64,000 bases of DNA, taken from Amoebidium appalachense (Eukaryota > Protista > Ichthyosporea). The stretch spans positions 6,834,713-6,898,712 of the forward strand of contig CAVNZM010000013.1 in the NCBI GenBank assembly GCA_963693365.1, given 5' to 3'. Under the pieces are notes generated by a model that saw nothing but the letters and a program-made list of their open reading frames with translations, had not been told where the DNA came from and did not search any database. Below are positions 46,800 through 64,000 of the stretch, in pieces; within the stretch, counting starts at the first letter, position 1; each line of letters starts with the position of its first letter. Both the position numbers and the translations under genes were made by a program.

Positions 46800-47630
46800 A
46801 TGGCCGACGACGGGTTGAACAAGGTGGATCTCAAGGAGATCACCCTGGCTGAAGCCACCGCTTTCTCGGAGCAGATCAACAACCTGCTCAGACACAACGA
46901 GGAGCTCAAACAAGTTGGCTTGATGCCCATTAACATGCAAGAGCCACTAACGGTAGGTGTTACACTTAGGAGTTATTCTACTTCTTGGAAGATCGCGTTT
47001 TTTTCCAGTGAGTTTTGTGGCACCTTTGGTGCACTTCAAAAGACCAAGGGATGCGCAGCATGGGGTGCACCACCGATGTTTTGGACATTTCCACTAGCTC
47101 CTGGTATCCCTAATCATTATTTTCACGGCCTGGATATAAAGTGAAATGCTCATAAAACCACTAAGCTGACTTCTTCTTTTTTTTGCAGCTATTCGACAAG
47201 TGCAAAGATGGACGACTGCTGTGCCACCTCATCAATGCCATTAGGGAAGGTAAGCAACTAAGGTTTGTTTCTCTGCGTGGCCATGTGGCCCTTCCTTGGC
47301 AGCAAAGAAGAAGTTTTTATGAACCAAATAGGTGATGTTTCAGAGCCAGTAATTTCTCTGTTACTAATGTTCTATGGTTTTTCTGCAGACACGATTCCAA
47401 AGAAGTCTATCAAGATGAACGTGGACAAAGCAAATCTGAAGAAGGTCGGGTGCAACGACATATTCGAGATTGCAAATAACAACAATGCAGTGATTGAGGG
47501 TAAACCACCCTCCCCCCCCTCCCCCCCCCCCCTCCCCCCCCCCCCCCCCCCCCCCCGCCCCCCTCCATCCTTCCTGCTCTAACTGCTAAATCTGATTTGT
47601 CGTCCACTGTGAATGTGCACTTCGCCAACA

Positions 47631-47665
<35 letters not shown>

Positions 47666-47865
47666 CCAAAAAGAAAGAAAGAAAGAAAAGAAAGAAACAC
47701 CCACCATATCTTATTCTGGTGTTGCGCTCCTTGCACACGTGTCCCATTCCGTTATTCACACAGCTCCGTGTATTGCCTGCAATATAGCGCTGCCCCATAC
47801 CTTACATTATGTCCCATTTCCTTACCATATAAACTTTTTGCCAATTGGAGTACACACACTGCCAT

Positions 47866-47901
<36 letters not shown>

Positions 47902-48996
47902 CACCTCCACCACCACAATCAACTGCCCCCTCCCAGGCCGACACTGTCGGTGACTTGCATATGCTAAAGTAGAGTACAGATATGCACGTGTATCATAACA
48001 AACAACACATTAAAATATGCGCATTATGATTATGATAGGCAAACACATGTGGACGCCTTTTCACATTACCAGGATACAGAGATGACATACACACACACAC
48101 ATCATTACACACCCATACGGTGTTCGTTTGCCCCTATCATTTCTTATCGTGGACCATTTTTGAGCGTTTTTACTGGGAGAAAGAAAACAAAGAGCAAAAG
48201 AACACGAAATACATAATCGCTTCTAATACGGGTACTGGGTATGCAGGTGCCAAGAAGTTGGGGTGCAAGATTGTCAACATCGGGGCCGAAGACATTGTGG
48301 GTGGCAATTCAGACCTCATTCTTGGCTTGGTGTGGCAGCTCATCCGTGCTTATTTGATGAAGAACATCAACTTGGCAGGGTGAGTGTGCCTGCTTGGGAC
48401 ATGAGACAAGGGTTTGACCACAACGATAAAGCTACCTGCCCCACACACTCAACCTTGTGCCTGCATGCCATTCTGCCCTTGTCAGCCATATTCGAGTTAT
48501 AGGTCATGTTACCTCTCGTACAGAAGACATTCGAGGGGGGGGGGGGGGGGGGGGGCACTGGAGGGGGAGGGGGGGAGAGGGATTGGCTTCATTGGATATG
48601 CTGACATGCACTAGGAAAGTCACATATTGGGGCGCCTCGGAGAGACACAACTTGTAAAGAGAGCAACACCGAACTATTGCATGCGGCCAATTTGACGGTA
48701 AATGCACTCTGCAGGCACCCGGAGCTGATTCGGCTGCTGAAGCCCGGCGAAACCCTCGAGAAAATGATGGCCGTGAGTGCCGAAGACATCATTATGAGGT
48801 GGTTCAACTACCACCTCGAGAAGGTGTGTGCTCTCTGTGTGTGCGGCACTTGTGACACCACAAGAACACGTCTTGCACCTGTGCTTCTGCACACACACAA
48901 ACACACACACGCACACGCACACGCACACAACCACAGTCTCACACGCACGCGCGCACACACATACACACACAAGCACACACACACACACACACACGT

Positions 48997-49040
<44 letters not shown>

Positions 49041-52000
49041 ACACGTACAACACGTGCCTAAAACCAGGCACATTGCACCCGCGGGTTTGAGATGTTGGCA
49101 CATTCGTCACTCGCATGTAAATTCCACCAGTAGTGGAATCAACCAGCTAAAAGGGGAGGTGGCAACGTGTAGAACATGCAGTATTCACGAAATGATCATG
49201 TGTATTGACAAGGCAGGGGCGCCGGGTTAGAGGGCGAGTCCACAGTGGTTAGTGTTAGACGCATGAATAGAGGGCGAGGAATTTTATGATTACAAATTCG
49301 CAGGAGGACACACATTTTTCGGATTGTGGCGGCCACGGCCTCTACCTAATGTCATAATATCAATGGCCAAAAGAAATGGAAGGATAAAAAAAGCGGAAGG
49401 GGCAAATCATGTGTTGGGATGCTGATAAGTTTTCTTCACAGGGTGGGCATGACGGACAGGTCAAGAACTTCGGCAAGGACATGGCCGACTGCACCAAGTG
49501 GGTGACACTGTTCAAACAGGTAGGGGGCAGCCACATGGCTACCTTTATTATTATTATTATTATCATCATTATTACTATTAATATTTTATTTTTTTGGGGG
49601 GGGGAGGGGGGGAGGGGGTGGAGGAGGGTGGAGAGGGGGGGGGGGAGGGGGAAGGGGGGCAGGGGGATAGGAAGAGAGGATAAACAAAGCCAGAGAGGGG
49701 GAGAGACGGTGGGGAAGATGGGAAATTGGGAGGGGGAGAGGGGAAGGGCGGGCCATTTAGGGGAAGAAGAGGGAGACGGGGGGAGGGGGGGGGGGGGGGG
49801 GAGGGGATGTCAGCAGAAAGGGGAGGGGAAGGTGTTCGGGCACGGTGGTTAGGAGGGTGGAAGAGAGTATGGTTGAGAGAACAGGCCAAATATCGAAGCA
49901 ATATAACTCAGTTGGCTTGATACAAGCGATGAGAACCACCGGTTGACCAATCACGACCCCCTGCAGGTCACTCCTCGCTATTCTGTCGAGGCCGGTATTG
50001 ATGAGGTTCTGCAGACAGACGACCCGATGGAGGTATGCATTTTACCACGTGCGCTCGATCTAGCCTTTTCTGTCAGTTCATGCACACACATCTGATGCAT
50101 AAGTGATTTAAGCCCCCCCCCCCCCCCCCCCCCCCCCTGAGGATGGGCTCTGCTTATTATGCATACTCTTTATGTATGGCTTGCATTCTGCATCGTGTTA
50201 TCCGTTTGTTCTTGTGTACTTCGTACTTTTTGACGCATTCAACCCCCCCCCCCCCCCCATTTCCGTGTGGGGTTGTGGTTCGTACTGTGCAACGGTTTCT
50301 AATCCCCCCCCCCCCCCATTCTCCCCCAAACACACACACACACACATCCCCACCCAGAGGCACAACCGCTTGCAGTTGTCCGTGCACTTTATGTGTCATA
50401 GTCTAGGCGAGAATAAATGCACATCAGAAACTAACTACGTGCTCTGTGATAATCTTCACATGGACGTAACAACATAACAAAACAGACACATGGGCAAAGT
50501 GTCCACAAATGTAGCCGATCGTTAGGATAACGGCTGTGACTTGAGACATCCAGGTGTGTGTGTGTGTGTATTTTTTTTTTTCGTTTGCTAATGTCCACGT
50601 TTGTATAACAGAGGGCGAACAGACTCCTAACTGTTGCCGAAGACCTCGACTGCCGAGAGTTCACCTCTGCCAAAGGTATCTACGTGACCTTGCAATCTAC
50701 ACCATCACCCCTCGGCTAAAACAATTCCCTGCTTTTCCCTATACTCAGTCTCTCTGTGTCTCATGTACCCCCATTTTCGTGTTAACCTTTCCTCTTTCCA
50801 GCCTCTCTTACTTTTGAACTGTGTCGATCGTATGCCCCCCCCCCCCGCCCCCCTCCCCCCCCAAAAAAAAATAAAAAAATAAAAAATAGAAGAAGATGGC
50901 AAAGAAGAAAAGGAAGAAGGACTATTCGAAACCACAAAAATACACTTCGTTTTTCAACCCACTACACCGATACTCCCTTGCCTCCCCATAAGTTGCTTAT
51001 CTGCCCAACCCGGACTCTCTGATCCTCTCCCTTACTTTCTTTCTGAACAGCCCACACCTCACCACCACACATCCCGACTTCTACGAGCACCTTTACTCTT
51101 CACGTGTAGCGAATGCCAACCACACACCAAACAATCCTTCAACCAAAACAACCTGCAACCACTACCTAACCATCCCTGTCATCCCTCCCATGTGCGCACA
51201 GACATTGTCAAGGGGCATGCACGTCTCAACCTGGCGTTCACTGCCACCATCTTCAACCGGCACATCGGCATCCAGCTGCCTACAGAGGATGAGATTGATG
51301 GCATCTTTGCCGAGCTCGAAGTTCTCAAGAAGAAGGTACACATCTTTTTCTCATCCCCCCCCCCCCCCCGCCCCTTGATAAGTCTGAGTTGGGGTTCATA
51401 TACGAGCTGAATGGACCGAACCTCGGGTGTTGTGATGACTGCCCCCCCCCCCCCCCCCCCCCCCCCAAAGTCTTCTTTCAGAGGTGTCCTTTCAGGACAG
51501 ACCACTGTGTGGAGACCGCTTTACTTCCATGCAACCGGGCATGGTTGCTCTGTGTCGTGCATCTGTAAGCACATACGCATTTTTCGCTGCGCTGCATTAG
51601 TTTGCACACACATATTCACCGTTTTGCTCACCTTGCTTGCATAAGCAACCCTGCTTGTCTTTGATCAAGACGGGTTGACCCTCCCAAGTTCAGTTGATGC
51701 TGCTGTCTGAGTTGGAGAGTCGTATATACGCGGGCTAAGGATCGAAACTCAGACGCAATTGATGACTTGGGCCCTCCCTGAGGATGGGCTCTGCTTATGG
51801 CGCATACTGTGCGCATGGCTATGTTGCATACTTGAATGTTTGCCTTTGCATGTGTCCTTCGTGTATGCGTACTTCGTACCGTGTTACGCATTCAAACCCT
51901 CCCCCCCCCCCCCCCCCCCCCCCCCTCTTTAGGTCGGGCTCTGCTAATGATGCATATTCTTCTTGTTGACCCTGCAACTTCGGTATTGTCTTGTCGTCCG

Positions 52001-52511
52001 TCGTATATTTATTCATCGTACTCTGTAACAACTTTTATCCCCCCCCCCCCCCTCCCCCCCCCCCCCTCCCCTTCACTTTTGATGTCGTGAACAACGCCAA
52101 CTCCCCCCCCCCCCCCCCCCCCCCCCTCCTCCCCCCTCCCCCCAGTATCTCACCTGACTCTACGTATTACACGAACACATACACACAGGCACCCATCCGC
52201 ACACTCGCACGCACACCAACACACATACCAACACATAAGACACACACAAACACACACACGAACACACCACACCCGGCAATACACATACTCTTTCTTACAC
52301 AAACACACACAATGTGTATACAAATACTGATGGGCATGATGCACATACATCCACACACATACGCACGAACACACACACCGCTTGAATCGTTGATATTGAT
52401 GCGCGCGCACACACACACACACACCCACACATCTCGAGTATTCACTACGGCACACACACCTACACACACATACACACACGCACGCAAACACACAAACACA
52501 CACGCACACGC

Positions 52512-52542
<31 letters not shown>

Positions 52543-53072
52543 GTATGAGGACTGCTGCTCCGCCGGTGCCGCCCTTGAGGGCAAGATCACCAGCCTGGAG
52601 GAGGAGAAGGCCGCCCTTAAGGCCCTGGTTGCCCAGCTAGGTGGGTGGCTGATGAATTTCATGCAGATGGTTATGTTTGCGCTACATTTGGACACAAAAA
52701 CACACGATATGAGGAGAAGCCATTTAGACAAGATATTAACATAAACATTCACTTCATTTGAGCATTGCAACACGCACACGGGAACCATGTAGACCCCAGC
52801 ACATGCTAACTACTTCCCCCTTCCTCCCCCCCCTCCCCCATCTCCCCCCCCCCCATCTTCCTTCCCTCCCTCCCTTTTCGCCCGAATGCCGTTTTTCCAC
52901 TTTGAAACACACAGAGAAACAACTCGAGGAGAAGGAGGTGGCTGTTGTTGAAAAAGACGAGGCCCTTGGGAGTGTGAGCAGGAGCAAGAACGGGGAGGTG
53001 TCTCGTCTGAAGGCAGCCCTTGCCGAGAAGGTGGCTGAGCTCGAGGCGCAAGGTGTGTGTGTGTGTGTGTAT

Positions 53073-53103
<31 letters not shown>

Positions 53104-55269
53104 CGTGCTTGTGTGCGACTGTGTGTGTTTGTACGTGTGTGCTGGGGGGGGGGAGGGGGGGAGAGGCGCGGGGAGGGGGGGGGGCGAGGACTGAGGGGGG
53201 ACGGGAGGGAAGGGGAGAAGCTGGTCGGCACGTGGAGATGCTTGTGTGAAACTTATGGGAACGAAGAGATGGGTGTTTCTCTTGACGAGATGTTTTTCTT
53301 TGCAGGGGAGGGGGGGGGGAGGGGGGGGGGGGGGGAAAGGGGGGGGGGGGGGGGGGGGGGGGGCTGTCCCTTCGTGTTTATGTGGGAAAGAACAACTGAA
53401 AGGAGATGAATAGGGCGTTGGTAGAGCTCATTGCCATGTTCGAACCAAGAAACATGAGAATAAAGCTCATACTAGGTAGGGGAAGAGAGGCCATGACGGG
53501 GAGCCGGAGGGTGGGGGTGGGGGGAGGGAGGGAGGGAGGGGGGGGGGGGGGGGGGGGGAGGGCGGGGACAAGCATCAGCCACGTATTATCCCGTTGCTAA
53601 CACATCCTTACCGATTTGCAGATAAGGCGCTTGCGACGATCAGAAAAGAGCACGCGGATGTGGAACACGAGAGGGACAGCCTAATTACCGAGGTGGGTGA
53701 ACGATTTCTCGTTGATAAACCCGGCGCATACCAAACACTGAAAAGTGCTGTGCTATGAAATGCCCAGTGCCACATGATATGATATGATACATAAGTGAAA
53801 ACATGCTCTTAAAGAAAAAAGATAGTCGATTTTTGAAAATGGGTTGAACTAAGGTGACTCTAACTTCTAGCCGAAGCTGCAATGACGATTGGTGCTGAAT
53901 GCTTTGGCCAGTTTTGACTAGTTGAAAACATGTCTTCAAAAACCGTGATTGTTATACCGTTGATAAGTCAATGATGTCCGGATTGAAATACTGTTTCTAT
54001 TCACTGCATACATGGTGATAAAAGGGTCTAGATCATTATTGTGCTCCTACCACCTCAAACAGGCAGCGCAAAAGGCAGGGATCCATATATGGGCTTTTGT
54101 GAGGCCGGTAGTGTGGTGTTATGAGTAATTCTTTGCGGGGTAGCTGGATGATAGAGGTGTGCCCACGACTAACATTTGCATTTCTCTGGCATGCAGCAAA
54201 CAGCCAAGATTGGCAAGCTCAAGGAAGAAGTCGACCGGCTCACTCAGGAGAAGGCGTCTTTGCAGAGTACATACTCCCCCCCCCCCCAAAAAAAAAATAA
54301 AAAAAAAAATAAAAAATCCTCTTTCTCTACTTTTCGTCCAAGCACACCCGAACTTTCTGAAGTTGAAGTGGTAGAGAGAGAGGGGGGGGATGTGTGTGTG
54401 GTTTGGCGGCTGTGGCCAGCTTAGTGGTAACCGGATTATCATCGGAAGTTGGGGAAGATATCACATTCTGGGAGACTGGGTCTTCTTGTTTGTTTTCTTT
54501 TTTCTTTCTTTCTTTTCTTTGTTTCTTTCTTTTTCTTTTTCTTTCTTTTCTTTTTTTTCTTTCTTTCTTTTTTTTGGAGGGGGTGGTGGAGGAGGTTTGA
54601 ATGAATATAGATATGCTATAGATAGACCAGTTTCGACACCTTGTTTCTGAACTTTTCCTCATGCCATCCATGTTCGTGCAGAGGAGATGGAGGAGCAGCA
54701 CGGGGACATGGCCTCGTTCACGGCCAAACTGCTCGAAAGCGACGGCCTGAAGACAAAGCGCCAGAGGGCACTGGCTGAGGCAAGTTTCAATAGTTGTTTG
54801 CACTTGGTCTGACACTGTGAGGATGCAAGCACAAAGCCAATATTGGGACCTGGTTGGTACACGTGCTGGGTAGTGATTGCTTTTGTGTGTGTGTGTGTGT
54901 GTGCTTGGTGGTGGTGGTGGGTGGTGGTGGTGGGGGGGGGGGGGAAGGGGGGGGGGTGGGGGGGGGGGGGGGGGGAGGATGATGATTTTTTCGCTTACTT
55001 CCGCAGGCTACGAACACAAAACGAATTGGTGTATGGAAAACCAAAAAAATGAATGCACATTTTATACAACGACAGCGCGCGAGAATGAAAATTACTGAGG
55101 GTATATGGTATTTGTGCTGACAATCCCTCCCCCCGTGCAGCATGTAAAGGAGTCCAATGAAGTCATCCAAACCCATCGCCTGAGACTGCAGCAGCCCGAC
55201 ATGTCCCTCGAGAAGCAGTACGACGGTATGTGCCCCGTGAAAGATAGTTCTATTTATTTATTTATTTAT

Positions 55270-55313
<44 letters not shown>

Positions 55314-55516
55314 AAAAAAAGAAAAAAAAAAAGGAAAAAAAAAAAAAGAAAAAAAAAGATGAAGAAGCATATTTAAATATAATTCTTAGCTCACGCGCCC
55401 CATCAATTCGGGTAGCAGTTTTCTTTAAGGGGTTGCATTGTTTTTCGTCTTTACTACCCTCGTGCAACGTTTTCTGAATTATTATCCTTACTTTTTGTCC
55501 TGTGAGCTTTGAAGGG

Positions 55517-55553
<37 letters not shown>

Positions 55554-56471
55554 TGGGTAGGTTTGGAGGAGGGAGGGGGGGGGGGGGGATGAACATGCGA
55601 GAAAGCGTGAGTGGCTCATTCCTGCCTCCCCCCCCCCCCCCCCCCCCCCCCCCCTTCCCCCCATTCTTTTTGCCTGTTTCATGCATTTCAAGTTTTCTTA
55701 TTGAAACGGTGCTGATGTAAAGTGATTTTTTTTTTTTACAGATGAGGTGGAGGCCATGCAGGTCAACCTTGCAGCGCAGGAGAAGCTTCTGGCAAAGTAC
55801 ATGGCTGACCTTAGGAAGGCCGACGTGGAGTTTGAGCAGCACAGGGAGGCCGAGAAGAAGAGGCTCGAAGGTATGTGCATTGCATGTGGGTGGTCCATTG
55901 ATCTGGTTGGTCGGTTTTGCGTTCTCGTTAAAGTCGTGGGGAGTGGTGGTGTTGCTGTATTGCGTAATGTGTTGTGTTTATTGTCTAGGAAAACAAGTCC
56001 ATTAGGAACAACGTGGTCCTTGGTTGTTCTAACGCTAGTTGGTCGTTCGTCAAGCTATTTTTGTGGATTTGTGCTGCTGTATGATGTGCTGCATTGGGTG
56101 TTATTGCGGCTGAAGTCAAGCCATATCTGAGCCATACCGTCTGTTCTTTGAAACGCCAGGATCAGATACCGAGGCGGTGTTCAGTAGTTGCGTCGTTCCT
56201 TTTGTGTAGTAAGTCGTGTACAAGTGGTTAAAAGAAACAAAATCAGTTATTCAAGCCCTCGTATGTTGATGCTCAGCCGGAAGAAGTTTCCACAGTTTTT
56301 TTGTGTGCTTTTGTTACCCACATGCAACGGCAGAGACGCTTGGGACAATGGGGGCACAGATACGTGCATGTCTAAGTGTGGTTACTGACACATATTATGC
56401 AAAAACAGAGCTCAATTCATCAGTCGCCCAATTCCTGGGCGAGGGACAAAGAGACCCTGGGGTATGTGTCT

Positions 56472-56517
<46 letters not shown>

Positions 56518-57038
56518 AAAAAAAAAAAAAAAAAAACACACACCCACTAAAAAAAAAGAAAAAGAAAACAAAAGGTGCACAGATCATAGTAAATTCGGGT
56601 CTTGTGATACCATAACGCTTCGGGATTGTGCATGGCCGGGATTTGAGTTGCCCGTGGGACATATCTCCCGAAATCTTGCCAGACTGAGAGTGCAAATACG
56701 TTTTACCACATATTGGTTGTTTTCCCCACTTGCTCCATCTTTCTCTTTTTGGTTCTTTTCTTTTGAGAGGTGGAGGGAGGTGTTACCCAGAGACAGGCAA
56801 TTACATGCGCATTTCTGCACAACATTTTGTATACAAACTACCTTTAAAGGCAACTCCGAAGTTTTCCAAGCGAGATGCAATAGTAACTATACCTGCTCGT
56901 ATGGGTACGTGATGTAGCCAGTGACTTACGTAAGGTGCTCACTCCCACGCAGGATGCCATCAACAACATGAAGAGGCTATTAGAACTTATGATCGAGAAG
57001 TGCAAGAAGCAGGTACAGTCCAACATCTGCCTCCTCCC

Positions 57039-57069
<31 letters not shown>

Positions 57070-57074
57070 AGAAA

Positions 57075-57107
<33 letters not shown>

Positions 57108-58073
57108 ATTGCCGGCGCCATCCCTTATTCCCCTTATTTCTCTGCAATAGTATTTATATATTCACGATTCACAGGTGGAGGCGCGGCCCATCTCTTGCAC
57201 TTCATGTCCTCTTTTTTCTAACTCTAAGCTGTCTGGCACCCAATATCTTGAACAGTGTTCTTCGTTGCGTATATTTCTACTTTATACAGCGTGTCAGCGT
57301 GCCTTATGGGCCAGTGTTCTCCTTGTGCCAGAGGCAGTTTACATACCCTCAGAATATGACTACCACGATCTTGATCTGACGGAGGTGTGGAATTCCCCAA
57401 GTTTACTCTTGTCTTCTTCTTCATCCGTTTTATTGTCTCCCCCTCTTTCCTTCCTTCCTTTTTTTTTTTTTTTTTTTTTTTTTTATTGACGCTTGGTGGG
57501 TTTGCAGGCTGTGCAGGTTAAGACGCTGGAGATCACCATCGAGAAGAAAAACCAGCTGAACGTGAGTGCTCAACCCCATTTTGGCTAGTGATTCCCTGAA
57601 AAGGGGCCTTACATATTCATATTGCGCACTCTGATTGCGAATTCTGCTGCCTTCGGGACTTGATTCTTTTCAGCTGGTGTAGTATGTTAGCCAGGGAAGT
57701 ATCGACTTAGGTAGCGACGGGGGAGCTTCCTAGAAGCCCCGTCTCCTGAGTTCCTATCTACATTTTTCTTGCTTCTGCTTACTGCTGCAACTTTAACCCC
57801 CGGCCTTTCCCACTGCCCTTGCCTGCATAAGCAACCCTGCTCGTCTCTGATCAAGACGGGTGACCTACCCATGTTCAAGTGAAACAGTATCTGAGTTGGG
57901 TTTCGTTAATGAGGTGAATAGGTCGAAACTCGGGTACTGTGGTTGACGTGGGCCCCCCCTGAGGATGGGCTCTGCTTATTATGCATACTCTTTATGTATG
58001 GCTTGCATTCTGCATCGTTTTATCCGTTTGTTCTTGTGTACTTCGCACTTTTTGACGCATTCAAACCCCCCCC

Positions 58074-58104
<31 letters not shown>

Positions 58105-58425
58105 ACACACACACGCCACCGCCGCCACCACCCAGCGAAACCAAAGCATCCACACACACAATTTGCGCAACTCTACCATGCCACAATGAAACTGGGAGCT
58201 CCTCCCCTTGCTGCTAATAGTCAAATTTGAGGAAGGCTCATAAGAGCCGATCCAATTACTCACTTATGTGTGGTGATTATGTTCCATTAGTGGAGTTCAT
58301 GTACACACACACCTCATGTTTATATTGAAGTTTGGCTTTTGCCCCGTCAGGACGTGTATACGGACAAGATCCGTGTTATTGCCGAGAACCAACTGGAGAA
58401 GAAGAGGAGCCAGAAGAAGAAGTGA
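46800..58425 (+). CDS. Fimbrin/plastin-type actin-binding domain (CH1-CH2) fused to a long coiled coil; about 20 exons
   Basis: Exons encode [64 protein letters not shown]...[37 protein letters not shown] and [19 protein letters not shown]. Glu/Lys heptad exons (52544, 52915, 54197, 54682, 55141, 55742 and others) follow, ending RSQKKK* at 58425. Confidence 0.88.
51641..51798 (+). ncRNA. Candidate intronic structured RNA or repeat, copy 1 (copy 2 at 57827-57979)
   Basis: Terminal ATAAGCA/TGCTTAT stem; internal stems preserved between the diverged copies with G-U and compensatory changes. Confidence 0.4.
57827..58064 (+). repeat. Intronic repeat family, copy 2; its 3' module (57959-58064) is near-identical to 50137-50242 and diverged at about 51779-51897 and 51936
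   Basis: ctgaggatgggctctgcttattatgcatactctttatgtatggcttgcattctgcatcgt...tgacgcattcaa followed by poly-C in each full copy. Confidence 0.85.
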
Positions 58426-59750
58426 AGGTATGTGATTGCTCCTTTGCCGTATAAATATGGTTCTAACACACTTTCTGAAGTATACCTTAACTTGACAATG
58501 TACTTATCAACCCCCCCCCCCTCCCCCCTCCCCCTCCCTTCTCCTCCCCAAAACGTGCACACACACATACACAGACGCTCACACGTGTTTACGCATAATA
58601 CATAAATCTGTGGTGAATGTGGCGAATGAGTGTCGTGTGGATCACTGCCGACAAAGAGAGGGGAAAAATCCACACCATCTTTTCTCGACCAGGTTTTTCT
58701 AGGGATACGATCTCCTAGTTATACGCAGTCTTTACATTTTTGGATTCCTGTGCTGTTGTGTGGTGGGACGAAGGGCTCAATCTCATTTAGGGACTTACGG
58801 TTCCTTGCTTTCTTTCTTACAGGACCGCATAAACCTTCACTCAACTCAGATCATCCGAGCACATCAGTTTCGGGTACTGGCATGATGATGCTCAAAGCAT
58901 CACTCGCTTGCTTGTACACGCTACCAACAGACAATTCATACAGACACCCAAACATGTTCAGCAGAATTTAGCACATATTCACATGTCCCTCCTTTTGAGC
59001 ACACACCCCTGCTTGATATCAGACACCATAAACATTCTTGGTCTATATGTACTGGTTCACTGGTTGAACAGTCTGCGCTCTCGCATATTTTTAACTGTTT
59101 TTAACTTGTGTGACTTTGTCTCATGTAGCAGCTATATTTAATGTAGCTGCAAGATGTATAAGCTGGTTGCAAGTACCTAGTACAGTAACTCAGCTAGCTT
59201 TCTACCCAATGTTGTTAGAAATGTTTTTCCAGAGTAGGGTTGAGAGTTTTCAGCTCCACCCAGCTACCTGAAGGGGTCAACACATATAGGCTATCTATTC
59301 GAATTCGTTTCAAGTACCACTAGAACTAAATTTGTTATGAAGAATAATTATCCAAGTTATGCTGCATGCAGTGTTGGCAAAAACAGCAAGTAGCTTGTTT
59401 TAACCGAAGGACTGAGGAAAAATAAAGAGTGGTGTTTTGTCAAAGTGCCACCTAACCTTCACGGCTCATTGCAATTGTAATATTTAAAACAAGTCACAAT
59501 ACCCGTGATCTGCCTGTCATGGCGACCTGAATAACCATGTTACGTGCACAGCGCAACCAACCAACCAACCCCCCCCCCCCCCCCCCCCCCCCCACCCCCC
59601 CCCCCCCGAAAAAAAAAAAAAAAAAAAAAAAAGTAAAAGTCGGAAAGGGGAACAGCTTATCAGAACCGGGGGATCAAGGATCATACGGTGACCAAGCTAC
59701 ATAGCGCTAGGGGCTTTTCTTTCTTTTCTTTTCTTACTTTTTTTTTTTTT

Positions 59751-59781
<31 letters not shown>

Positions 59782-59834
59782 GGGGGGTCCCTCTTTTCTC
59801 TTTTTTTTTTTTCCCGGGTTGGGTGGTGGTGGTG

Positions 59835-59867
<33 letters not shown>

Positions 59868-59884
59868 GGGGGGGGTGTGGTTGG

Positions 59885-59918
<34 letters not shown>

Positions 59919-60573
59919 GACAATGCATGGACACTTCGCATTGACACCAAGGACCTCCGGATGGACACGGTGACGGAGCCCCGGTTCCGCGGGTGCAACG
60001 GTCGTAACGCTGCAACCGTTCAAGTCAACAGCGATTGGCTTCTGCCGGCTTTGTGGAAACCAATAGGAAAGGGTTGGTGGTGCCGTATAGGCCAATCAAA
60101 TTACCCCAGCAATTCCCCCAACAGTTTGGAACAGGGCTTGTACTGCATGTCCTGGGGTGGGGGTACAGTGCACTGAATTCAGCGGAACAGGCGACTGAGC
60201 CGAGCTCGAGTGGCGTTCCAGTCTCACCCTCAACACTGTGAAAGGGCCAGGAGAAAATAATGGGTGTTGCTAGACCGTCGACCATGTATGAGGAAAGTCC
60301 CGTGAGTAGCGAAAACCGATGGCATAGTTCGATGCACCAGGAATAAAAGTCACTTTTTTTGCTCCAGACGCAATCTTGGAACTTGAAGCCAAACAGGAAT
60401 CATCTTGAGTCAACCAGTCGATTGGTTGAAGTGTAAGAACACGCGCATCTTTTTCGCTTGAGATTCAACGAACAGAAGCTCAACAATTGACAAGTTGAAA
60501 AAAGATTTACGTTCATTTACCCACCACGCTTGTAAATTAGTCTGTCGTTTCTGCACTAGGATCCTAATCGAAG

Positions 60574-64000
<3,427 letters not shown>

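Noticed and set aside
51740-51792. Hammerhead ribozyme (CGAAAC ... CTGAGGA)
   Set aside because: Core motifs are present but stems II and III cannot be formed in the required topology.
57600-57652. CPEB3/HDV-like ribozyme (GGGGCC...GCGAATTCTGCTG)
   Set aside because: The 3' 13-mer resembles CPEB3, but the complementary P1 and P2 strands are absent.
59920-60290. Possible exon or ORF (59688..60176, 60025..60285)
   Set aside because: No recognisable motif; several CCAAT/ATTGG sites suggest the promoter of the downstream channel gene.

Overview
Eukaryotic genomic window with three zones. (1) About 1-29.6 kb is an intronless, densely packed endogenous Polinton-like virus (PLV/adintovirus-like) whose left end lies outside the window. 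It encodes a protein-primed PolB with a Vsr-like insert, a VLTF3-like transcription factor, a PLV-type major capsid protein, an A32-like packaging ATPase, a frameshifted penton, a family of fibre proteins sharing an N-terminal module, a 7-TM protein resembling Lys-less opsin-related proteins, an rve integrase, a phage-type Dam methyltransferase and a probable T7 gp2.5-like SSB. Two candidate promoter classes are visible (AAAAATGT boxes and CCAAT arrays). (2) About 29.6-34.5 kb is an intact APE-RT non-LTR retrotransposon flanked by a 16-bp direct repeat, apparently sitting in the viral terminus, followed by the 3' half of an RNase T2 gene. (3) About 35-64 kb is intron-rich, microsatellite- and poly-G/C-laden host DNA with an AMMECR1 gene, a fimbrin-ABD plus coiled-coil gene (whose introns carry a repeated, potentially structured RNA), and the 5' part of a BK/Slo-like K+ channel gene. 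The host looks like a unicellular opisthokont (possibly ichthyosporean), which is an inference only. All family calls come from motif recognition by eye; no searches were run.
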